59,700 nt of DNA from an uncultured Methanosarcinales archaeon (GCA_964587045.1 CAZPJY010000006.1:1-59700); one strand, 5' to 3'; shown: positions 36,712-46,925, numbered from the stretch's first letter. Notes: a model not told the origin generated them from the sequence alone. A program made the numbers and translations.

Positions 36712-37155
36712 TTCTTTCTTGCTCTCTTCGTAGCTTTTTTTCACCTCACCGATGATGATTTTCTGCTGCTGGATGTACCCGTCGAAGATGTCGTTCATCT
36801 TCTTTCCAAGCTCCCTCATGTCATCAAGCTCAATTTTCGAGAAGTCGATGAAACCGTCTTGTTCCCCATCGAGCTTGTCGAAGCTGTCGATGATATCATC
36901 ACCCTCCAGCGTGTACTTGTAAATCTTTGACATCGGCTCGATGTAGGAGTCCCTTTCCTCCACGGGCAGCATGCCGATCAGCTCGAGATACTCCTGGTAG
37001 CCTTCGACCATCAAGTTTTTTTGGTCCTTGACTGCCCTAAATATCGCCCTTCGCTGTTCGTATGACCTTGTTTCTAAATGGTCTATGATTCCGATTGTGC
37101 CCATCCCCATCGCGTAGCAGGCTATGCCTATGGTTATCTTTTCTTTTAATCCCAT
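36700..37155 (-). CDS. Membrane-anchored hypothetical protein
   Basis: N-terminal TM; start at ATG 37155. Confidence 0.55.
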   Translation of the reverse strand: MGLKEKITIGIACYAMGMGTIGIIDHLETRSYEQRRAIFRAVKDQKNLMVEGYQEYLELIGMLPVEERDSYIEPMSKIYKYTLEGDDIIDSFDKLDGEQDGFIDFSKIELDDMRELGKKMNDIFDGYIQQQKIIIGEVKKSYEESKKELLL

Positions 37156-37181
37156 ATGAGGGAATCCAGAACAGTTTATAT

Positions 37182-38504
37182 TTAAGTGTACCGCATCGAA
37201 AGGCTGCCGAGCATCCTCGTCTGTTTCCTTATCACATTCGGGCTCTTGCGGAAGATGAGGGCGAGCCTTTCCATGAATGAGTATTGCCGTCTGAATGTCT
37301 TGGCCTGCTGCCACAGCTCAATCTTTACCTCACCGTCTTCTGGGATTACCTTGACATAGGTCAGCTCGTAGTCCGGCAGGAAGAGAGGGAAGAACTTGAA
37401 GTTGGTCGGATGTGACTTGAGCTGCTTGGACCAGGAACCGCAGTTGGCAACACACATCGTCCTGTGCCTGACGGTCAGTCTCTCAATCCCCGGGTAATGG
37501 GTGTGACCGTATACAAAGATGTCTGGTTTCACGCCTTTCTTGAATACGTGCGGTTCCTTTCCCTCAGTCATAAGTCGGAGCGAGTTCTGTATATGAACGT
37601 TCTGCATGTGAATCAGTTTAGATATGTCCTCAATCCCGTACTTCCTGAGGACTGCCTGCACGTCACGCTTAAGGAACTTGAGGTAGAATCCTGAAAGGAT
37701 GAACGGGATGTCGATGAGGATTATCAGGATCAGCATCACCAGGAGCCACGTCGGTAGGGAGTAGACCTTGATTGGGGAGCTTATGGAGAAGAGCGCGATG
37801 AGTATTATCACGGGCAGTATCTTGGTGAATATGAGCGAGACAAGCACGGGAAGGAGCAGCACCCTAACAGTCTTTCCGGACTCATGGTAGAAGTAGTTTG
37901 AGAGGAACCACCAAGGCATGGCTGAGGCCGGCTTGATCTTGCTGATATCAGGCAGCCACCTCTTGCCGTTAGCCCTCCTCATGCCGCCGATGCTGAACAC
38001 GACCTCCGAGGACATGATGTGGCCCAGAGACTCGATCGGACGCTTGTTGAGGTCGTTTATCCTGCAACGGGGGTCGAACTGGCTCCCGTGCTCTGAATAC
38101 ACGATAAGGCTCTTGCCGCCTTTCCTGAGCACCTTCTCATAGTACAGGGTGTTGTCAGTCCTTATCCCATATTCGTTGAGGGTGTCCCTGAGCCCTTTTT
38201 CATAGTAGATCTCGAAATCATGGTTGCCCATGAGGTAGTAAACCTTGTTCCTTTCCGAGAACTGCTTTATCCTCTCGAACATCTTCTTGTACTTCGGCTT
38301 ATCGATGGTGCGCCTTATCTTGGATGCCTTGTCACCCTTTATGTGGGCGAGCTCGAAGAAGTCGCCGCCAAGCACCAGCTCGATGTCTTCATGTTCACCC
38401 TCAAGCCTGTCGAGGAAAGAGATGAATTCCTTTATGCTGTCAAAGATGTCCAGCTGGCCTTCCCCTCCTATGTGGAAGTCGCTGACGAAGACGAGTACGC
38501 TCAC
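37182..38504 (-). CDS. Calcineurin-like metallophosphoesterase with inserted TM segments
   Basis: SDFHIG, GDFFE, GNHD, EHG, GHTH. Confidence 0.85.
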   Translation of the reverse strand: MSVLVFVSDFHIGGEGQLDIFDSIKEFISFLDRLEGEHEDIELVLGGDFFELAHIKGDKASKIRRTIDKPKYKKMFERIKQFSERNKVYYLMGNHDFEIYYEKGLRDTLNEYGIRTDNTLYYEKVLRKGGKSLIVYSEHGSQFDPRCRINDLNKRPIESLGHIMSSEVVFSIGGMRRANGKRWLPDISKIKPASAMPWWFLSNYFYHESGKTVRVLLLPVLVSLIFTKILPVIILIALFSISSPIKVYSLPTWLLVMLILIILIDIPFILSGFYLKFLKRDVQAVLRKYGIEDISKLIHMQNVHIQNSLRLMTEGKEPHVFKKGVKPDIFVYGHTHYPGIERLTVRHRTMCVANCGSWSKQLKSHPTNFKFFPLFLPDYELTYVKVIPEDGEVKIELWQQAKTFRRQYSFMERLALIFRKSPNVIRKQTRMLGSLSMRYT

Positions 38505-39124
38505 TTGATTCCACCCAGATAATCGAATACCCCGTGCAGGTCGGAAATTGCTCCTTTTGTGTTTCCTTCACGGTCGATAAGTAGCGCTCGCATGCCTAAA
38601 GACTTGGGTGCGTCGACATCCTTTTCCTCCTGGTCGCCTATCATCAGGGTCTCTTCCGGGCTGACTTTGAGCTGTCTGAGGGCCATTTCGAAGATGGCAG
38701 GCTCGGGCTTTTTCATGCCCACCTCGCAGGACAGGATAACCGTGTCGAAGTATGATTCGACGCCAAACCTCCTCATCACTGGCCTGGTTATGGGGATGGT
38801 GTTCGATACCAAACCGAGCTTCAGTCCACGGGACTTTAGGCCTTCGAGAACCTCGAGTGTCTCGGGAAAGAGTTTGCTTTGTGAGACAAGCTTGTCCCAT
38901 TCGTCCATCAGTTGCGTTAGCAGGCTTTCAGGTTTTCCGACCTCAAGCAGGAATTCTGAGAAAACTGTCTCAGGAGGCTTGTCTTTGAGCCTCCATTCCC
39001 TTCCCTTGCCCAGAATGAATAGCTTGTGGGCGTCTGGTCCTATTATTGATGTGATATCCTTAAACCAGCCAGCCCTGTTGAAAGCGAGCGTTCCCCACCA
39101 GTCGAAGATGACAGCCTTAATCAT
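38501..39124 (-). CDS. HAD-superfamily hydrolase
   Basis: IFDWWGTL, VSN, KPEP, IGDQEEKD. Confidence 0.9.
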   Translation of the reverse strand: MIKAVIFDWWGTLAFNRAGWFKDITSIIGPDAHKLFILGKGREWRLKDKPPETVFSEFLLEVGKPESLLTQLMDEWDKLVSQSKLFPETLEVLEGLKSRGLKLGLVSNTIPITRPVMRRFGVESYFDTVILSCEVGMKKPEPAIFEMALRQLKVSPEETLMIGDQEEKDVDAPKSLGMRALLIDREGNTKGAISDLHGVFDYLGGIK

Positions 39125-39217
39125 TGGAAATTGGAGGATATTGGGATATAAAAATGTATCATAAACCTTAAATATTATCGCTTGCAGGTGAACCACAATC
39201 AATTAGGGGGTTACTAT

Positions 39218-39622
39218 ATGGCAGAATGGATACTGAAAGTGTATGAGGAAGCTTACACGGACATCTCTCTGAACGGAAAGGTCGTCGAGGGAAGGGTGCC
39301 TGACCCGTCTAACCCAGACAAGAACTACGGGCTCATATTGCCCCAAGACGAGATAATATTCCAGGCGATTCACAGGGACGGGACTCCTATCAAGGGGCTA
39401 GAGGAGATGATTTTCCCGGTCACCTACAACCACCACTACGCGACTGTGGGGGAGATGCTCGAATCCGAGGGCCTTGAGAACCTTGTGCCTGGGTGCAAGA
39501 GCATCGAGGAAGGGATAGAGGTCTATCTGGGCTTCCCAGGATATGAGGAACGCGTTAAGAAATACGGCATCTACGCAATCGGCCTCGGAGACCAGGTGTA
39601 CTATCCTCCCCCCATAATATAG
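39218..39622 (+). CDS. ASCH domain protein
   Basis: NGKVVEGRV, EMLESEGLENLVPG..SIEEG..VY..KYGIYAI. Confidence 0.75.
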   Translation: MAEWILKVYEEAYTDISLNGKVVEGRVPDPSNPDKNYGLILPQDEIIFQAIHRDGTPIKGLEEMIFPVTYNHHYATVGEMLESEGLENLVPGCKSIEEGIEVYLGFPGYEERVKKYGIYAIGLGDQVYYPPPII

Positions 39623-39623
39623 G

Positions 39624-40593
39624 ATGGGATACAACCCTGTGCTCGACACTACCCGGCCCATAGTGGAGGACGCCCAGGACGTCTCGATTGACGGCACTGC
39701 TCTTGAGAGGCTGGCCCAGAGCATGGGTGGAATGGAGCTTTCCCCTCCTAGCATGGATGAGCCCATCTACCCCAAAGGCATCGGTGACGATGTGATTGAT
39801 TTCTTCATGTTGGGCAACAGCATAAACTTCGCTTTCACCGACTTCAGCACTGGAGAAAAGTTCGCAACGACATACGCCGGCGCTGATTGGAGGGGTTCGC
39901 TTGCGATGTGGGCCTGCCTCAAGAGGGGGGTGGACAACGGGATCATTGACCATCACGGCGGCAACCTGCAGAGGATCGGTTACAGGGAGCTAGAGTTCGT
40001 GTTCATGGGCAACAGGCAGATACCAATGCTGCAGGAGCGCCTCGACATCTTCCACGAGGTGGGAGCGGTGCTATCAGAGAAGTATGAAGGGTACTTCCAC
40101 AACCTGGCTCTTGGTTGTGGGGGAAGGCTATTCGATGGTGGAAGGGGACTGGTCGAGAGGCTTACGGCCGACTTCCCCTCATTCGACGATTCCTGCATTT
40201 ACGAGGGCAGAAAGGTCAGGTTCGATAAACGCGCGCAGCTCTTGGCTGTGGATATCCAGTCTCGTTTCCATCAGCATGGGATAACTTTCTTCGAGGACAT
40301 GGACGACCTGACCATGTTCGCTGACTACAGCGTTCCCAACACCCTTCGGCGAGGGTGTTTTGGTCTATTCATCCAGGCTCGCGGATGCTGTCGACGGCAG
40401 GATCCTGATCCCAAAAGATCACCAGTGGGAGCTAGAGATACGCGCTTGTACCATTCATGCGTCGGAGAGGCTGCGCGCTCGTATTGGGGAAATCCGCGGG
40501 GAAGAGATTTCCATCGTAGAGGTGGACAACTACCTATGGCACAAGAAGAACAGGTCCCACCCGCACCACCTTACCCGGACGATTTTCTATTGA
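39624..40593 (+). pseudogene. Queuosine salvage protein (Qng1/DUF2419), frameshifted near 40350
   Basis: INFAF, FPSFDD, FDKRAQL and LTMFADYSVP lie in one frame; GVLVYS, EIRA, VDNYLW and HHLTRTIFY lie in another. Confidence 0.75.
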
Positions 40594-40645
40594 TAGAAAG
40601 GATTATAAAACATCACCGACTCTCCTGCTTATGGGGTGGAACAGC

Positions 40646-40975
40646 ATGGCAGAAAAAAGAATAAATTTTACAATCAATGAGGGAACGTCTTTCTTTGCAG
40701 AGGAGATAGCGGTTATGCACAATCCAGTAAAATTCATAATCGATTTCAAGAGCATAACTCCGCGTTTTGACATGCGCAACCGGGAGATGCAGCCCATGGT
40801 TCTTACGCATAACGTCGTTCAGATAGACCCCTATGTGGCAAAGGATTTCCTAAAGGTGCTCAAAAACGTCGTCACTCAGTACGAAAAGCAATTCGGGACC
40901 ATCAAGAAGCCGAAAGGTGTAGAGCAAAAGAAAGTAAAAGTGGAGAAATCTGAGACTCCCAACTATTTCGGCTGA
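40646..40975 (+). CDS. DUF3467-like protein
   Basis: FIIDF...V..DP..AK.F..VL...V..YEKQFGTI pattern. Confidence 0.7.
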   Translation: MAEKRINFTINEGTSFFAEEIAVMHNPVKFIIDFKSITPRFDMRNREMQPMVLTHNVVQIDPYVAKDFLKVLKNVVTQYEKQFGTIKKPKGVEQKKVKVEKSETPNYFG

Positions 40976-41157
40976 GAAATAAATTCTGTGTATTGGCACT
41001 TGCCGCACGTCAGCCTGTTGCCGTGCTTGGCGAGCAGAAAACCCTGGCCGCATTTCGGGCATTCATTATTGGCCCTCGTGACCTTGTCCCCTTCCACCTT
41101 GTAGTTCTTCCAGATCTGGTATGGCTTCTTCTTCTTTTCCGCCTTCTTCTTGGCCAT
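40963..41157 (-). CDS. rps27ae: 30S ribosomal protein eS31 (S27ae)
   Basis: CPKCGQGFLLAKHGNRLTCGKCQYTEF. Confidence 0.95.
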   Translation of the reverse strand: MAKKKAEKKKKPYQIWKNYKVEGDKVTRANNECPKCGQGFLLAKHGNRLTCGKCQYTEFISQPK

Positions 41158-41159
41158 GA

Positions 41160-41685
41160 TTAATCCCCTTTCTTCTCAGCTGGTTTGGTTTCTTCTTTCT
41201 CTGCTGGTTTGGTTTCTTCTTTTTCTGCTGGTTTGGTTTCTTCTTTTTCTGCTGGTTTGGTTTCTTCTTTTTCTGCTGNNNNNNNNNNNNNNNNNNNNNN
41301 NNNNNNNNNNNNNNNNNNNNNNNNNNNNNNNNNNNNNNNNNNNNNNNNNNNNNNNNNNNNNNNNNNNNNNNNNNNNNNGTTTGGTTTCTTCTTTTTCTGC
41401 CGTCTTCTCTTTCTTTGTGTGCTTCTTTATTGAATAGGCTGGCTCGACAGATTGGAACGCTTCCTTGTTTTCGTAGACGAAGGCTGATACCTTGACCTCG
41501 TTCTTGCCGTACTCCTGATCTATTTTTCTGACGACGACGAGCTCGGGCTTTGCCTTCACTGCCGTTGCCACTGCTGTAACCATCTCCTTCCTCGACGGAG
41601 TGAGCGCAGTTCCCTTGACGGAAAGGTCGTACTCAGTTCTAGACAGGAGGGGCCTCTCTGTCTTCTCTAGGATGTCTATGTTCAA
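41160..41685 (-). CDS. rps24e: 30S ribosomal protein eS24 with repetitive C-terminal tail (spans the assembly gap)
   Basis: PLLSRTE, TPSRKE, IDQEYG; after the gap the AEKEETKP frame ends AEKKGD* at 41160. Confidence 0.85.
41180..41401 (-). repeat. 24-bp tandem repeat (AEKEETKP) interrupted by a 100-N gap
   Basis: CTGCTGGTTTGGTTTCTTCTTTTT repeated at least 4 times before the gap, and one more unit after it. Confidence 0.9.
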
Positions 41686-41874
41686 TCAGACCACCTTCAA
41701 TGCGTACTCTCCCTTCGCTTCTGATTCTATCTTCTTAGCGATCATCGATTTCGAAGGGTCGATTATGAAAATGCGTCCCTGCCAGATTGTGCTGAACTTG
41801 TTGCCCTTGCAGTTTGGGCACTCGTTCTCCTCTACGAACATCTTGCAGTTCTTACATGCTTTTTTCCTTACCAT
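41686..41874 (-). CDS. spt4: Transcription elongation factor Spt4 (RpoE'')
   Basis: KACKNC...CPNC...WQG...SMIAKKI...GEYALKV. Confidence 0.93.
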   Translation of the reverse strand: MVRKKACKNCKMFVEENECPNCKGNKFSTIWQGRIFIIDPSKSMIAKKIESEAKGEYALKVV

Positions 41875-41876
41875 TT

Positions 41877-42458
41877 TCACTTCTTCTTGGGTCCTTTTTT
41901 ACCTTTCTTCTCGTCTTTCTTGCCGAGAAGATCCTCTTCAATCCACTCGAGCTTGCCGAGGCCCTTCTGCCGCATGGTCAGGCCGAGCTTTGGGTTGGTG
42001 ATGTCCTTGTAGCTTATGGCGATGATCCTCGCCTTGCACTTGTCATTTACCTTCAGCACACGCTTCGATTCTTTGCCGGCCAGGACCTTGTCCTTTGATA
42101 GGGAAACGAAATCGTCCATGGTCTGTGATATGTGGATCATGCCCTCGATTGGGCCGATGCTCATGAAGACGCCGAAGTCTGCTATATCACGGACCTTGCC
42201 CATGACCACCTCTTTTAGCTCAGGTACGAAGCTAAGCAGCTGGAAGGTGGTCTCATAGTACGCGGCACCGTCGCCGGCTATTACCACGCCTTCACCGATG
42301 CCTGTCACATCCGCGATGTCTACCACTATACCGAGGTCTGGGGAGATAAAGCCCTCATATTTTTTCTTCACTTGCTGGATTATCGCTTCCTTGACCTCAT
42401 GATCGAATTGGTCCGGTGGCACGCGGATGAAATCCTTAACCTCAAATCGATAAAACAT
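41877..42458 (-). CDS. rpo7: RNA polymerase subunit E' (Rpo7)
   Basis: IRVPP, GDGAAY, FGVFMSIGPIEGMIHISQ, LTMRQKGLGK. Confidence 0.95.
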   Translation of the reverse strand: MFYRFEVKDFIRVPPDQFDHEVKEAIIQQVKKKYEGFISPDLGIVVDIADVTGIGEGVVIAGDGAAYYETTFQLLSFVPELKEVVMGKVRDIADFGVFMSIGPIEGMIHISQTMDDFVSLSKDKVLAGKESKRVLKVNDKCKARIIAISYKDITNPKLGLTMRQKGLGKLEWIEEDLLGKKDEKKGKKGPKKK

Positions 42459-42872
42459 TTACATATACCCCCTGTGTTCTATGACCAGATGGCTCTTTCC
42501 TCGCAATGTGACGAGGGGAATCCCCGCGTCTTTAAGTTTTTTTCGAAGGGCTGCGTCCTGCGTGGCGACCCAGATTTTACCCTTCTCAGCTTCTGTGGAA
42601 GCTTTCTGGAGGATGAAATCGTCAGCAGTTTTAAAAGCTTGCGTTTTTAAGCGTGCCAATCCCTTGGTCCTGATGAGCTGCAGGGCCATCTCTGCCGCAC
42701 GTCGGTGCGAGCCCTTCTGGTTCCTTATTATCCCCTCGAGCTCCTCGATGACGATATCAGGCACTACCAACCGGATAGGCCTGTGGGCAATCATGTGGAT
42801 CTCTGAGAATATGTCTACCTTGAACTGTGCTGGGATGAGCAAGAAGTTGGTGTCAAGTATCACAGAAATCAT
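42459..42872 (-). CDS. PIN domain protein (Fcf1/Utp24-like)
   Basis: ILDTNFL, EEL, ADD, VATQD; usual position upstream of rpoE'. Confidence 0.85.
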   Translation of the reverse strand: MISVILDTNFLLIPAQFKVDIFSEIHMIAHRPIRLVVPDIVIEELEGIIRNQKGSHRRAAEMALQLIRTKGLARLKTQAFKTADDFILQKASTEAEKGKIWVATQDAALRKKLKDAGIPLVTLRGKSHLVIEHRGYM

Positions 42873-43150
42873 ATGCTGTGGGTAGCGTGCGCTATTTAAA
42901 TAGCTTTCGGGGCCAGATGTCTTGCAGGGGCCTGATGCGCCCCTCTTCCTCTGCCTCTTCATAATGCCGTATCGCTACCTCATCCTTCTGTTCTGGCGTC
43001 ATAATGAATTGTAATGTAGCCCGAGAATAAATATAATCGTTGCACATGGACAGTCAACACTGAGTTAGCACCTGAGGGTGATTATCTCCCTTCGTGTCGT
43101 GGCAATTAATACAACAATTTTTTTATAACGGTTGCAGTTCCTTTCATCAT

Positions 43151-43864
43151 ATGGACATCAGGACAGTACTCAAGAGCATGGGGCTCACCCCAAACGACAT
43201 AAGCGTCTACACCACCCTACTCAGGCTTGGCATGAGCACTGCCGGGCGGATAGCAAAAGAGGCCCACACCAACAGGACCTGCACCTATGACGCGCTCAAA
43301 CGCCTGCTGGAACGCGGTCTGGTCAGCTACGTGGTTCAGGCCAACCGAAAATGGTTCAAGGCAGTCAACCCAAAAAGGCTTCTGGAGCTCCTGGAAGAGC
43401 AGAGGAAAGACGTCCAAGGAGTGCTCCCGCAGCTTGAGGGGCTTTACAACCAGACCAAGTCAGAGGAGAACGTGACCCTTTACAAGGGACTGAAGGGAAT
43501 AAAGAGTGTCCTCCAAGACATCATCCGCACAGGGAAAGACAACTGCGTGTTCGGAAACGAGGGCCAGCTGCAGGAGAGGATGCCCTACTTCCATCCCCAC
43601 TTCATCAGGCAGCTCAACGAGAGCGGGATCAAGACCCGGCAGATAGTGAGGAAGGGCCGAAAGGGAGAGATCTCCAAGCAGTCCAGGACCAGGTACGTCC
43701 CAAAGGAGGTAAAGAGCCCTGTCACAACCAACATATATGGCAACAAGATCGCAATCATCATCTGGACCGCAACTCCCGAAGCGGTCATCATCGAGAACAA
43801 GGCAGCGGCAGACTCATACCGGGCTTACTTTGAGGTGATGTGGGCTGCTGCGAAGGCCGACTGA
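43151..43864 (+). CDS. TrmB family transcriptional regulator
   Basis: GLTPNDISVYTTLL, RTCTYDALKRLLERGLV, IYGNKIAI, FEVMW. Confidence 0.88.
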   Translation: MDIRTVLKSMGLTPNDISVYTTLLRLGMSTAGRIAKEAHTNRTCTYDALKRLLERGLVSYVVQANRKWFKAVNPKRLLELLEEQRKDVQGVLPQLEGLYNQTKSEENVTLYKGLKGIKSVLQDIIRTGKDNCVFGNEGQLQERMPYFHPHFIRQLNESGIKTRQIVRKGRKGEISKQSRTRYVPKEVKSPVTTNIYGNKIAIIIWTATPEAVIIENKAAADSYRAYFEVMWAAAKAD

Positions 43865-43901
43865 TTTTTTCCTGATTCTCCACAGAATCCCGCATGAACG
43901 C

Positions 43902-44350
43902 ATGGATCAAGCATTAGCGGGCGCTCTGGCACCCCCCACTCCTTTCGATAATGTTCCAGATAACCGTGGTGAACATGGTGCTCTTCGCAAGCTTGGCCGC
44001 GTCGGCGATAATCCTCACGAACTCAGAGTCGCATCACCTTCCCAAGCTACGGACGACACCCCTCTCATACGTCATAGCGATAACTTTCCTGATATTCGGG
44101 CTTTTCGGATCCTCTTCCACACGCACCTCTCGCATAACACCTTACTGGTCGGTAAAAGCATGTTCCTGCTGGATGCGATCCGCCCCCAGCGTCGCTGTCC
44201 TTCCTTCTACTCGACAGGCGGGCAATCGACCTGCTGTACCTTTTCATTTTGATATTCTGCCCGCTCATAGCGGTCAGGTTCATAACATACCTTTTTGCGC
44301 AGCAACTTTCCACCAGGGACTTCCTTAAGGAGTTCCTGAAAGGCGCTTGA
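43902..44350 (+). pseudogene. Multiply frameshifted membrane-protein gene
   Basis: Hydrophobic segments alternate between frames, with the first shift at the poly-C run near 43932. Confidence 0.4.
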
Positions 44351-45098
44351 GCGTGTCAAGCATCCTGAGCGCATCGCCGAGTGGGTCGGGGCTCTCGTTG
44401 ATGACTGAGATGTCGGCCCTGCTCCTCAGGAGAGCTGATATGAGGTCTTGCATCTCCCTCTTTCCTGTGAGCTTGTGCCTCTTTTCCCCCTTGTCCCCGA
44501 ACTCGATGCCTGAGAAGTGCGAATGGATGTGCCTCATCCCTTTCAGCTTGCTCAGAACCTCATCATAGTCGACGCTGCCGTTCCTGGCCAGCAGGTGCGC
44601 GAAGTCGACGCATATCGAAGTCCCCAGCTCGTCGCGTAGGCGTATCAGCTCGTCCAGGTCGCCGAATTGGCTGGGCTTGCCTGTAGTCTCGGGAGCGAGC
44701 GCAATCTTTTTGCCCTCGAGCCTCTCCTGCACCTTTGAGATGGCTTCGCTGACCAAGGCCATGACATCTTCTGGCTTCCTTCCCTGGTAGAATCCTGCGT
44801 GGAACACGACGTAACGCGCGCCCATCTGCTCCCCTCGCAGCGCCGAGTCGGCTATCCTCTTCATGGAGGCGCGCACCTTCCCCTCCTCAAGCGACGCGAG
44901 GTTTATGAAGTAAGGCGCATGCACCGAGAGCTGGATTCCGCTCTCCCTTGCCGCGTGGCCCAGCTCAGCCGCCTCTTTTTCGTCGAACCTGACCCCGTAG
45001 GTGAACTCGACTTCCAGGCATCCCAGCCCCTTAGACGCCACTCCCCTGATCCCGTCAGGCGTGCTGAGCCCACCCCCTGCTGGTCCTATCCTTATCAT
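44325..45098 (-). CDS. Endonuclease IV-like TIM barrel (AP endonuclease 2 family)
   Basis: SVHAPYFINL, FHAGFY, PETTGK, CVDFAH. Confidence 0.88.
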   Translation of the reverse strand: MIRIGPAGGGLSTPDGIRGVASKGLGCLEVEFTYGVRFDEKEAAELGHAARESGIQLSVHAPYFINLASLEEGKVRASMKRIADSALRGEQMGARYVVFHAGFYQGRKPEDVMALVSEAISKVQERLEGKKIALAPETTGKPSQFGDLDELIRLRDELGTSICVDFAHLLARNGSVDYDEVLSKLKGMRHIHSHFSGIEFGDKGEKRHKLTGKREMQDLISALLRSRADISVINESPDPLGDALRMLDTLKRLSGTP

Positions 45099-45174
45099 AT
45101 AAAATAAGGCTCCTTGAGCTGATATAAAAAATGTCGGAAAGCATTATATATGCAAGCCTTTCAACCTCATCACT

Positions 45175-46422
45175 ATGGAAATGCTGAACAGGGTGCTCGG
45201 AAGGATCCGCCCAAGGGACGCGGGGCTGATTGAGACCGTGGATGCTTTCGTCTCCCAGCTAAATTCGATCATGTTTTCCATGCACATGAAGGCCAAGGCG
45301 GTCACCGGCGGTTCCATCGCCAAGGGAACCTATCTCGAAGGGGATTATGACGTCGATATATTCGTGGCTTTCGACCGCGATTACTACAGGGACGACAACC
45401 TCTCGGCCGAGCTATCGCGCGCGCTGAAATCGTTTGATGGTGTGGAGAAGGTCCACGGCTCGAGGAACTACTTCCACCTCATCCACAAGGGCATAACATT
45501 TGAGATAGTGCCTGTTCTCGACGTCTCGGAACCATCCCAGGCCAAGAACGTGACTGACATGTCCCCACTGCACGTTGCCTGGTTCTCGAGAAGGGCCAGC
45601 GTGCAGACGTCGGATGAGGTCCGCTTGGCCAAGCAGTTCTGCAAGAGCGCCCGGGTATATGGGGCCGAGAGCCACATCAACGGCTTTTCGGGCCATGTCC
45701 TGGATATTCTTGTGATACACTACGGCTCCTTCCTCAAACTGGTGGAAGCCGCCTCAGACTGGGAGAAGCCTGTGGTGATCGATGTCGAGAATCATCTCGC
45801 GAACCCTCTCGAGGAACTGAACGCTGCAAAGGTCAAATCGCCCCTCATCCTAGTAGACCCAGTCCAGCCAGACCGCAATGCCGCAGCAGCGCTGTCCGAG
45901 GAGAAGTTCAACAGGTTCATCGAACGCTGCCGTGAGTTCCTGGCTAAGCCAAGCGAGAGGTTCTTTACGGTCAAGACGTATTCAGAAAGCCAGCTCAAGG
46001 ACAGGTTCACAGGCCAAAGGCTGGTGCTGTTGGAGGTTAGCCCTGCCGACGGCAAAAAGGACGTGGTCGGAGCCAAGCTGCTTAAGGTCTTCGAGCACAT
46101 ACTGACCCACGTGAAGCTCAACGACTTCAACGTGAGGGAGGCTGACTGGCAGTGGGACGGCTCGGCGCTCATGTGGTTTGTCTTCGGCACCGAGGACCTG
46201 CCCAGGGTCAAGAAGCATATGGGCCCTCCGGAGAAGAAGACGTCTGATGCCAAGGCCTTCCGCGAGGCCCACGTCCGCGACGAGGTCTGCGGGGAGTTCG
46301 GAAGGCTCTATGCCATTGTCGAAAGGGAATTCACCAAGCCTGAGGCGTTCATCGAGCACCTGATCAAGGACGAATTTGTCACCAGCAGGGTCCGCAATAT
46401 AAGGCTGATAGCGAAAACTTAA
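45175..46422 (+). CDS. cca: Archaeal CCA-adding enzyme
   Basis: GGSIAKGTYL..DYDVDIF, GAESHINGFSG, DPVQPDRNAAAAL. Confidence 0.95.
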   Translation: MEMLNRVLGRIRPRDAGLIETVDAFVSQLNSIMFSMHMKAKAVTGGSIAKGTYLEGDYDVDIFVAFDRDYYRDDNLSAELSRALKSFDGVEKVHGSRNYFHLIHKGITFEIVPVLDVSEPSQAKNVTDMSPLHVAWFSRRASVQTSDEVRLAKQFCKSARVYGAESHINGFSGHVLDILVIHYGSFLKLVEAASDWEKPVVIDVENHLANPLEELNAAKVKSPLILVDPVQPDRNAAAALSEEKFNRFIERCREFLAKPSERFFTVKTYSESQLKDRFTGQRLVLLEVSPADGKKDVVGAKLLKVFEHILTHVKLNDFNVREADWQWDGSALMWFVFGTEDLPRVKKHMGPPEKKTSDAKAFREAHVRDEVCGEFGRLYAIVEREFTKPEAFIEHLIKDEFVTSRVRNIRLIAKT

Positions 46423-46448
46423 TAATAGTAGCAAGCTCTTTTCAGCTG

Positions 46449-46925
46449 ATGCTCAACGAAATACTGCTGGTAATATTCATAACGTTCATTCCCGGGCTCG
46501 AAGTGAGGGCCAGCATACCATACGGAATACTCCTCGGCGGCCTGCCGTGGTGGCTGGTGTTCCTGGTCGCATTCGGCTCAGATATCGTGCTTGCGGTAAT
46601 CAGCTACTTCATATTCGCCAAGGCGATTCATCTAATCAACAAGATCAAGCTCATAGGCAACTTGTATGAAAGGGCGGTGGTGCGCACCCAGAAAAAGATC
46701 AGTCCTTACGTGGAGAAGTACGGCAAGTGGGGCCTTGCAGCCTTCATTGCCATCCCCCTTCCCGGGAGCGGTGACATCACCGGCGCCCTCGCCGCCAACC
46801 TGCTGGGCATGAGGTTCAAGAGCTTCCTCATGTCGGCAATCGTCGGGACCGCGGGAGCGTCCATCACCGTGACCGCGATTGTGATGACAGGCGTGGGACT
46901 CTCAAGCATATTCGTTTCGGTGTGA
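46449..46925 (+). CDS. Small multidrug export family (COG2426) membrane protein
   Basis: PGLEVRASIP, FIAIPLPGSG. Confidence 0.8.
   Translation: MLNEILLVIFITFIPGLEVRASIPYGILLGGLPWWLVFLVAFGSDIVLAVISYFIFAKAIHLINKIKLIGNLYERAVVRTQKKISPYVEKYGKWGLAAFIAIPLPGSGDITGALAANLLGMRFKSFLMSAIVGTAGASITVTAIVMTGVGLSSIFVSV

Noticed and set aside
41180..41401. Possible CRISPR array
   Set aside because: Contiguous 24-bp units without spacers, in frame within rps24e; no cas genes
42893..43002. Small minus-strand ORF MTPEQKDEVAIRHYEEAEEEGRIRPLQDIWPRKLFK
   Set aside because: Plausible, but no SD, motif or context support, and it runs into the probable PIN promoter
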